In this document: one piece after another, positions 24,778 to 32,000 of the stretch
Numbering within the stretch: the stretch's first letter is position 1
How the letters are laid out: each line of letters starts with the position of its first letter
Assembly: GCA_048886185.1 (NCBI GenBank)
Contig: JBHLKY010000001.1
Span: forward strand, 284,046 to 316,045
Source of the DNA: Candidatus Hermodarchaeota archaeon
GTDB lineage: Archaea; Asgardarchaeota; Heimdallarchaeia; Hodarchaeales; Hodarchaeaceae
Direction of reading: 5' to 3'
Length of the DNA: 32,000 nt
The notes under the pieces: model-generated
Databases searched by the model: none
What the model was told of the DNA's origin: nothing
The model's input: only the letters and a program-made list of their open reading frames with translations
Program-made: the position numbers and the translations under genes

Positions 24778-25983
24778 TTAGGAAGGTTGATTATTCTTCT
24801 GAATATTATCAATTTTTATGAACATTGCTATTACGATTAATGTTCCTATGAATGTGACTAGTAACAAAGGTAAAAATCCCATTATTGAAAATAGAAAACC
24901 CCCAATTGCAGCTGTTGGAGCCCACCCCAAGTACTCTATGAATGAAATTGTTGCAAAGTTTGTAGAAGCTGCAGAAGATGTATCAATGGAAAATTTAGCC
25001 AAGGTGACCGCTGGAGCCCAAAAAGAAGAACTTGCTCCTAAAAATGCATTCGCAAAAAGTAACATTTCTGTCGTATTATCTGGAATTAATATTGCAATGA
25101 TTACTAATATTATCCATAAAATTCCTGCTATTTCTCCAGTAATTAGTCCAAATATTCTTCCAAAACGGTCGATAGCTAATCCAGCGGGGTACTGTAAGAG
25201 AACCATAAAAAGTATTTCCACAAAAGTTAAAGTGGCGATGAAGGTAACATCTACGTCGAATAAAATTATATAGACTCCATTGGCTATTGAATAAGGTAAT
25301 CCCCAAACGAATGAATCAACAGCAAGAGCTATAGCAGTTATACGGGAAATAGGTTCCCTAAAAATCTTAATAAAGAGAAAATCAATCTGTTTCTTATTTG
25401 GAAGTATATCATGTAAAAAGATCACATTAATTATTGTCGCTAAACCCATTAGAAGATATCCCATTTGAAAGAAACTAAAAAAGTCTCCGTTTGCTTCCTG
25501 TTGGATAATCAAAGAAGCGATTATACCAGCAATTGAGGATGAATTATAAATTATTGAATAAGCGGATCCTCGTTTTTCTTTTGGAGTGGATTCGTGAACT
25601 ATGGCTTGTAATGGGGGATCATAAAATCCAAATCCTAGATTAAAAACAGTAATACTGAAAAGAACAAGTAAAACGACAGTATTACTGATAGATAACCCAA
25701 TTAACCCAATGATGCCTAGAAATTGTCCGAAAAGAACAATGTTTTTTCTTCCATAAGAGTCTGCAAGGAACCCCATTAAAAGAGGAATCAGTGCTGAAAA
25801 AGAACCCAAAGATAAGATAAAACCAAGTATTTGGGCAGCTTCGTGGCTAGTACCATAGATTGATAAGAGAAAAGGTTGAATTTGGATCAAATAGATGAAA
25901 TTAACAAATCCCCAGATAAAATGCGTTACTGTGAGGGTCAATATATTTATAAAATTCTTGTTTAGAAAACTCATGGTTTTCAT
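24778..25983 (-). CDS. Major facilitator superfamily transporter
   Basis: About 12 TM; motif A GFLADSYGRK and its repeat AIDRFGR. Confidence 0.92.
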   Translation of the reverse strand: MKTMSFLNKNFINILTLTVTHFIWGFVNFIYLIQIQPFLLSIYGTSHEAAQILGFILSLGSFSALIPLLMGFLADSYGRKNIVLFGQFLGIIGLIGLSISNTVVLLVLFSITVFNLGFGFYDPPLQAIVHESTPKEKRGSAYSIIYNSSSIAGIIASLIIQQEANGDFFSFFQMGYLLMGLATIINVIFLHDILPNKKQIDFLFIKIFREPISRITAIALAVDSFVWGLPYSIANGVYIILFDVDVTFIATLTFVEILFMVLLQYPAGLAIDRFGRIFGLITGEIAGILWIILVIIAILIPDNTTEMLLFANAFLGASSSFWAPAVTLAKFSIDTSSAASTNFATISFIEYLGWAPTAAIGGFLFSIMGFLPLLLVTFIGTLIVIAMFIKIDNIQKNNQPS

Positions 25984-26257
25984 TTTCGTGCCTCTAATGT
26001 CATTAGTCGCAATTAATAATGATTTTTCATTACCCTGGTAGTTTTATTTCCTAGTTGAAAGACTAACTTTATTTATTTTAAGAGATTTTTTTAAAAAAGA
26101 ATGAGAAAATAGTATAAACTGATTGAATTGGAACAATTTTCTGATTTATAACTTATTTGATATAAAATAGCGTTTAATTAACATTGTTAAAAGAAATTAG
26201 TGAATTCTTTAAAAGATCAGTTAATTATTATATCTAAAACAAGATTATTCGGAAAGA

Positions 26258-27073
26258 ATGAATATGGGAGAAAAACTGAAAATCTATATCTCCGCTGATA
26301 TTGAAGGTATCTCAGGGGTGGTATCTTGGGAGGAAGTTGAGTCAGGAAAACCAGATTATGAATATTTTCGAAAAATAATGAGTCAAGAAGTAAACGCAGC
26401 AGTGGAAGCAGCATTTGATAATGGGGCTACAGATGTTATTGTGAGAGATGCCCATTCAAGTGCAAGAAATATTTTACCGACTCATATTAATCGGAAGGCA
26501 CAACTATTAAGAGACTGGTCATCTGGTCCATTAGACATGATGGAAGGCATTAAAGAAGATTTTGATGCAACTTTTTTCATTGGATATCATGCTAAAGCTG
26601 GAACCCCTGATGCTACTTTGAAACACACATTTACAACTAATATCTATGATTTACGAGTTAATAATGTCTCATTATCAGAAGCAGGTTGGAATGCTTTAAT
26701 AGCAGGGTATTACAATGTACCGTTGATTTTTGTTTCTGGTGATAAAGCTTTATGTGAACAGGTGAAATCATTCAATAACTCTATTGTCACTGTTCCCGTT
26801 AAAGAAGGGATTGGTAAGGCATGTCTGACTTTACATCCAGATGAAGCTCAAGAGCGAATAAAAAAGGGTGTCACTGAAGCTATAACAAAGAAGAATCACA
26901 TTAAGCCTTTTCAGATGAATTCTCCTTACGAATTAGAGATCAGTTTTACATGTGAGCATCTTGCTTGGAAAGCAAAATGGTATCCAGGAGCCAAACTCAT
27001 TGCACCAAGGATAGTTGGCTTTAAGACACAGAATTTCTTCGAGTGCATGCGATTCCTTTGCTTTGTGGGATAG
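26258..27073 (+). CDS. dppA: M55 family D-aminopeptidase
   Basis: IYISADIEG, RDAH, IGYHA, LKHT, SGD motifs. Confidence 0.93.
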   Translation: MNMGEKLKIYISADIEGISGVVSWEEVESGKPDYEYFRKIMSQEVNAAVEAAFDNGATDVIVRDAHSSARNILPTHINRKAQLLRDWSSGPLDMMEGIKEDFDATFFIGYHAKAGTPDATLKHTFTTNIYDLRVNNVSLSEAGWNALIAGYYNVPLIFVSGDKALCEQVKSFNNSIVTVPVKEGIGKACLTLHPDEAQERIKKGVTEAITKKNHIKPFQMNSPYELEISFTCEHLAWKAKWYPGAKLIAPRIVGFKTQNFFECMRFLCFVG

Positions 27074-27183
27074 AAACAGTTTGCTTTAGAATTATCTATT
27101 GAAAGATATTTTTTTGTAGCTCTAAATAAATAATCATATATTATTGATATTCTCAAAGAAAATTATGAAAACGGTGGATCTTA

Positions 27184-29745
27184 ATGGATCAAATTGAAGG
27201 GTTTGCATCTACTCAAGCAGAAAGACACTACAGGCCTGATTTGTCTCTTGAGCCCATTCATCAGACAATTAAATTAGAATTCTTGATAGAAAACAAAAAA
27301 GCTAAAGGTTATGTAAGCACAACCATCAAAGCAAACAATAAAGACGCTCGAACAATTAAATTTGACGCAATTGGTCTTGATATTCATAATGTTAAATGTA
27401 AATCCTCTCATGACTTAAAGTGGAGCTATGATGGAATTAAAATTCATATATCTTGGAACACTCCATTCTTTAAGGGGGAGGAGAGAATTGTGGATGTTTT
27501 ATATACAGTTAAAGAGCCTGTTGCAGGAATGTACTTTTCTTATCCTGATGATGTATACCCAGAACGACCAATTTATGTAGGAACCGATAATGAAACAGAA
27601 TTAGCCCGATATTGGCTTCCGTGTGTTGATCACCCAGTAGTGCGTTGTACACTTGATCTCTATTTAACATCAGATAAGAATCATACTATTCTTGCTAATG
27701 GAAAGCTGATTGAAGAGAGGATTAAGGTAAATGGAACTAAAACTGCCCATTGGAAATTAGATTTTCCGTGTTCAAGCTATTTGATAACAATCGCGGTAGG
27801 GGACTTTATTTCATACGAAGACAAAATGGTTGATGTTGGTTATGGGGAAATTCCAATTGCTTATTTCACAACTAAATATTACTCCCCAGAAGACCTAAAA
27901 AGATCCTTTGATAGGACACCTGCTTTTCTTCAATGGATGGCAGAAAAATTAGGGCCATATCCTTTTCCAAAATACTATCAATATGCGTTACCTTGCATTG
28001 GGAGTGCAATGGAGAATATTTCTCTTGTGTCGTGGAATGATTTTTATGTTGTTGATGAAATTTTTAAGAAAGAATTTGCCATTCCAGGTTATAAATGGGC
28101 TACTGATGACTTAAATATACATGAGATGGCTCATTCATGGTTTGGTGATGCTATAGTTTGTCATGATTTTGCACATAATTGGCTTAAAGAGTCTTGGGCG
28201 ACATATATCTCAACTGTATGGCGTGAAGAGTTTCTTCAATCAAAAGAAGAAGCAGATTATGATTGTTATCAAAATGCTGAAAGTTATATTAATGAAACCA
28301 AAAAATATAATCGTCCAATAGTTACAAATATTTATGATAGCAGTATTGATCTATATGATGATCATTTGTATCCAGGGGGAGCAATACGAATCCATATGTT
28401 ACGTCGAATGGTTGGTGACGAAATATTCTGGTTGGCAGTTCGTGAATATGTGAAAACTTATACATCGAAGACTGTTGAAACAGTAGACTTTCAACGAATG
28501 CTAGAAAAATATACTGGACAATCTTTACAGCAATTTTTTGACCAGTGGATCTACTCATCAAGTTACCCCCAATTAGAAGCTGGATTCAGTTATGAAGAAG
28601 AAAATAAGTTAATTGCTATTAACATCAAACAAAAACAGGTTGATAAAGCAAAAAATATAGGTCTTTTCACTTTTAATTTGGACATTGAGTGGGAAAAAGC
28701 CGAGAACAAATTTGAACGTCAAACAGTAGAAGTAAAAGAAAAGGAACATACGTTTTACATACCTTCTGAGAGAAAACCTCTCCAAGTGAGATTAGATCCT
28801 GATTTTAATCTACTTTTTTCACTCAATTTTAACCCTGGAACAGATATGCTGAAAAGACAACTCATTTATGGAAATGTTGTAGGTAGAATTATTGCTGCCA
28901 AAGAACTTGCAAATAAGGCCAAATTACCAGAAATTCAAGCTCTTTTCGATGCTTACAAAAAAGAGAACTTTTGGGGAGTAAAAGTCGAAATAATTAAATC
29001 TTTAATTTCCTGCCCATCTCTATCGACCATTGAAGGAACACTTCAATTATTAAAAATAGAATCAGACCCGCGAGTACTCAATCAAATATTTACAGCGCTT
29101 AAGGATGTTCGTTATGATAAGATAACTGAATCTCTAAAAAAGTTCCTTAAAAGAGATGATATCGAACTTTATCAAGTCACAGCAACAGCTCTTCAAGTAA
29201 TTGGTTCACAACGAAAACCAGAGCAATATCCGTTCCTTCGTGACTTCAAACCAAAGTATGATAAGAAGAGCATAATTCGAGGAGGACAGATGGAAGCTAT
29301 TGGAGCCCTCCGTACAAAAGAGGCTCTGGAATATTTACTTGAACGGTTACCATATGGGAAAGAACCAGAAAATGTAAGGCGAAAAATAATTTTGGCTATC
29401 GCTGATGCTTCAAAATGGGCTGATGATGGAATAAAAGATCGGGTTATTGAAAAATTAGCTGATTCAATTCGAACAGAAACAGATTATTTTAACTTGTTTG
29501 CATTAGTAAATGCTTTGACTTCCTTCAATGATACAAGAGTAATTCAATATTTAGAAACAATCAAACTTAAAATTGGTCATCAATCACATTCCTTTATTGA
29601 TAGGAAAATTCGTGAAATTACTAAAGCTAAGGGTCAAAAAGACGAAATAAAAAATCTACATGAAAAGATAGATAATCTTCAGACAATAACTGCCAAAGTG
29701 GTCACTCGAGTTGACCTCTTAGAGGCTCAGTTAAAAGGAAAATAG
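27184..29745 (+). CDS. pepN: M1 aminopeptidase with C-terminal HEAT-like repeats and coiled-coil tail
   Basis: SAMEN (GAMEN variant), HEMAH-x18-E (NWLKES), YPGGA..IHMLR; helical repeats after about aa 555. Confidence 0.93.
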   Translation: MDQIEGFASTQAERHYRPDLSLEPIHQTIKLEFLIENKKAKGYVSTTIKANNKDARTIKFDAIGLDIHNVKCKSSHDLKWSYDGIKIHISWNTPFFKGEERIVDVLYTVKEPVAGMYFSYPDDVYPERPIYVGTDNETELARYWLPCVDHPVVRCTLDLYLTSDKNHTILANGKLIEERIKVNGTKTAHWKLDFPCSSYLITIAVGDFISYEDKMVDVGYGEIPIAYFTTKYYSPEDLKRSFDRTPAFLQWMAEKLGPYPFPKYYQYALPCIGSAMENISLVSWNDFYVVDEIFKKEFAIPGYKWATDDLNIHEMAHSWFGDAIVCHDFAHNWLKESWATYISTVWREEFLQSKEEADYDCYQNAESYINETKKYNRPIVTNIYDSSIDLYDDHLYPGGAIRIHMLRRMVGDEIFWLAVREYVKTYTSKTVETVDFQRMLEKYTGQSLQQFFDQWIYSSSYPQLEAGFSYEEENKLIAINIKQKQVDKAKNIGLFTFNLDIEWEKAENKFERQTVEVKEKEHTFYIPSERKPLQVRLDPDFNLLFSLNFNPGTDMLKRQLIYGNVVGRIIAAKELANKAKLPEIQALFDAYKKENFWGVKVEIIKSLISCPSLSTIEGTLQLLKIESDPRVLNQIFTALKDVRYDKITESLKKFLKRDDIELYQVTATALQVIGSQRKPEQYPFLRDFKPKYDKKSIIRGGQMEAIGALRTKEALEYLLERLPYGKEPENVRRKIILAIADASKWADDGIKDRVIEKLADSIRTETDYFNLFALVNALTSFNDTRVIQYLETIKLKIGHQSHSFIDRKIREITKAKGQKDEIKNLHEKIDNLQTITAKVVTRVDLLEAQLKGK

Positions 29746-29877
29746 AAGACTAATCTTGGATTATCACTAAAAATCATCTATTAATATTGGAAAGTAGTAG
29801 TGAGTATTAGGAATCTTTTTTGTCATTTTTAATTCTTTTAAAGAAAAAAATTTAAGATGAAAATATTATGAGGTGTT

Positions 29878-31413
29878 ATGTTAAATCAAATCCTACTTTT
29901 TAACGGAAAGATTTGGACTTCTCAAGGTTTTAAGTCATGGATGTTAATAGAAGATAATATAATCAAAGCAATTGGAGAAAATCCGAAGCCTGATTTAGAC
30001 AATAAACAGATTGATCTAAAACAAAAATTAGTTCTACCTGGCTTGATGGATGCTCATAATCATGTTTATTACACTGGGTGGATGGAGTACACATTACAAT
30101 TAAACAGACCAAAATCAATTGCTGAACTCCAAAATAAATTAAAAGATTATATTAATGAAACTAAAGACGAAAGCGGATGGATTGTCGGATTTGGTTGGGA
30201 TCAAGATTATATGGAAGACAAACGTTACCCAACGCGTTATGATTTAGATCAGATAGCTAGAGATCGTCCAGTTTCGTTAACAAGAGGATGTTACCATGTC
30301 TCTGTGTTAAATTCAAAAGCCCTTGAAGTGTTAAATATCACTGCTGACACAGCTGATCCTGAAGGAGGAAGTATCGACAAAGATGAAAATGGAGAACCAA
30401 CAGGGATTTTAAGAGAAACTGCACTTGAGCTGGTTGATCCATTTATTGAAATTAAAGACAAGAAGAAACAGAAGAAGATAACTCTTTTGGGGCTTCAAAG
30501 GTGTCTTTCTGTAGGATTAACAACTGTTCAAACTAACGACGCTTCTGCTTTTGATATTTATTCAGAACTTGATAAAGAAGGTAGATTACCAATTAGAGTC
30601 TATCTTGTTCCAATGCATGAAGAAATATTTGAAAGAGATTTATCATCAAGACAAACAAAAAGCGAATTCTTTAACGTTAATCGCCTTAAGATATTAGCTG
30701 ATGGTAGCTTAGGTGGACATACAGCTGCCTTACGTCAACCATACACTGATACAGGAAAACTAGGACAATTAATTTTTCAGCAGAAAGAATTGAGTAAAAA
30801 GGTTAAACAAGCAAAAGAAAAGGGATATCGAGTAGAGGTTCATGGCATTGGTGATTTAGCAGCAGAATGTGTTCTTAACGCTTTTGATGAAGCAGGATTA
30901 AATACTAGAGATCGCCCTATTCTTACTCATTGTCAAGTTCTAGGTAAAGATCTAATTGTAAGAATGAAAAACAAGGGAGTAATTGCTAATATTCAGCCAC
31001 CCATGGTTACAACTGACAGCTTGTGGATTGAAAAGCGTCTTGGTTCAACAGAGCGCTTAAGGTATGCATACGCATGGAAAACACTAATTGATTCTGGTAT
31101 AACTGTTGCTGGAGGTTCTGATTCTCCTGTTGAAAATCCAGATCCTCTTTTAGGATTACATGCTGCCATTTTCAGATTTAATCCGAAAGGAGAGGTTTGG
31201 AAATCAGAGGAGTGTCTTACATTTGAAGAGGCCCTAAAAATATATACAGAAGGTGGAGCATATGCCATTAAAGAGGAAAACTCCCTTGGAAGACTTGAGA
31301 AAGGATATAAAGCAGATTTTATAATTGTTGACAATGATGTTTCCTCTCATCCTGAATTGTTAATCAATACAAAAATTGAAGAAGTCTGGATTGATGGAAA
31401 GAGAAAATTATGA
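29878..31413 (+). CDS. Amidohydrolase family 3 (YtcJ-like) metal-dependent hydrolase
   Basis: LPGLMDAHNH, GFGWD, KILADGSLG, HGIGD, H-CQ, GSDSPV, G.LEKGYKADF. Confidence 0.93.
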   Translation: MLNQILLFNGKIWTSQGFKSWMLIEDNIIKAIGENPKPDLDNKQIDLKQKLVLPGLMDAHNHVYYTGWMEYTLQLNRPKSIAELQNKLKDYINETKDESGWIVGFGWDQDYMEDKRYPTRYDLDQIARDRPVSLTRGCYHVSVLNSKALEVLNITADTADPEGGSIDKDENGEPTGILRETALELVDPFIEIKDKKKQKKITLLGLQRCLSVGLTTVQTNDASAFDIYSELDKEGRLPIRVYLVPMHEEIFERDLSSRQTKSEFFNVNRLKILADGSLGGHTAALRQPYTDTGKLGQLIFQQKELSKKVKQAKEKGYRVEVHGIGDLAAECVLNAFDEAGLNTRDRPILTHCQVLGKDLIVRMKNKGVIANIQPPMVTTDSLWIEKRLGSTERLRYAYAWKTLIDSGITVAGGSDSPVENPDPLLGLHAAIFRFNPKGEVWKSEECLTFEEALKIYTEGGAYAIKEENSLGRLEKGYKADFIIVDNDVSSHPELLINTKIEEVWIDGKRKL

Positions 31414-31575
31414 CAGATCATAGAATGGTTAATAATTTCTCCGTCTTGAATGGTTCTTGAAGTGATTCAGATCTTTTTAGCAATAATTTATTACCTGAAT
31501 ATAATAAAAAACTGTTCTTGAGTAATATAATTTTGCAAATAGTACCAAATAAAAGAATCATAGCCGGTATTAGAT

Positions 31576-32000
31576 ATGGAGCGTCCATTTCATTCATTGA
31601 GTATCAAAACTCTAACTAAAAATCTTGACACTAATCTTGAAAACGGATTATCCTTTGAAGAAGTTCAACAGCGATTAGTAGAACATGGGCCAAATGAGTT
31701 AGTAGCTGGGGAAAAAATCTCCCCAATTAGAATGTTCATTCTTCAATTCAACGATTTTATAGTGTATCTGCTTTTAGGTGCAACTCTTGTGTCACTCCTC
31801 TTTGGTGAATATGTTGAGGCTTTAATAATTGTGATTATTGTATTATTAAATGGAATCTTAGGTTTCATACAAGAATATCGGGCAGAGGCCGCTCTTGAAA
31901 AACTAAAGGAGCTTACTGGAGACGATACTCTAGTTATCAGAGAGGGGAAGGAGACACGTGTGGATGTACGAGATCTTGTTCCTGGAGATATATTATTGAT
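31576..32000 (+). CDS. P-type cation-transporting ATPase (type II, Ca2+-ATPase-like), N-terminal part; runs off the window
   Basis: Not in the ORF track. MERPFHSLS...GLSFEEVQQRLVEHGPNEL...QFNDF...ILGFIQEYRAEAALEKL...VIREG...DLVPGDI. Confidence 0.93.
   Translation, partial: MERPFHSLSIKTLTKNLDTNLENGLSFEEVQQRLVEHGPNELVAGEKISPIRMFILQFNDFIVYLLLGATLVSLLFGEYVEALIIVIIVLLNGILGFIQEYRAEAALEKLKELTGDDTLVIREGKETRVDVRDLVPGDILL

Noticed and set aside
534-31334. Numerous 60-151-aa ORFs nested in or antisense to long genes (e.g. 12609-12950, 13045-13359, 24818-25273, 30993-31334)
   Set aside because: Fully overlap well-supported genes and show no motifs; typical shadow frames.
1-32000. tRNA, rRNA, CRISPR array, IS/transposase, integrase or phage genes
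   Set aside because: No cloverleaf-like GC-rich segments, regularly spaced repeats or mobile-element motifs seen by eye; tRNAscan-SE, Infernal and a CRISPR finder would be needed to exclude them formally.

Overview
AT-rich archaeal DNA, most likely from an Asgard archaeon (Heimdallarchaeia/Hodarchaeales-like; inferred from the eukaryote-type ubiquitin machinery, kynureninase and PGF-CTERM-type anchors). The centrepiece is a minus-strand ubiquitin-like conjugation cluster (14108->7568): Ubl-A, a small ORF, Ubl-B, a UBA3/UBA2-like E1, an E2, an Rpn11/CSN5-like JAMM protease, a 6-TM RING-variant E3, a RING-less 6-TM protein that looks paralogous to the E3 membrane domain, and a Lys/Pro-rich disordered protein. 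Both Ubls end in -STAG rather than -GG; one is mature and one carries a -SIN pro-tail. A tandem ribbon-helix-helix gene is transcribed divergently, across a 121-bp spacer holding three inverted repeats around a TATA-like box. As I recall, core Ubl/E1/E2/JAB clusters are already reported in Asgard archaea and Caldiarchaeum, so the possible novelty lies in the Ala-Gly modifiers, the membrane E3 pair and the regulator. The left part holds kynureninase, a 1287-aa surface protein with a prenyltransferase-like barrel, a coiled-coil/wHTH protein and a macrodomain. The right half is a peptide-scavenging region: a divergently split Opp/Dpp ABC transporter, M24, M55 and M1 peptidases, an MFS transporter, an amidohydrolase, and the start of a P-type ATPase. 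I saw no rRNA, tRNA, CRISPR array or mobile element. All family calls come from motif recognition by eye, with no database searches.
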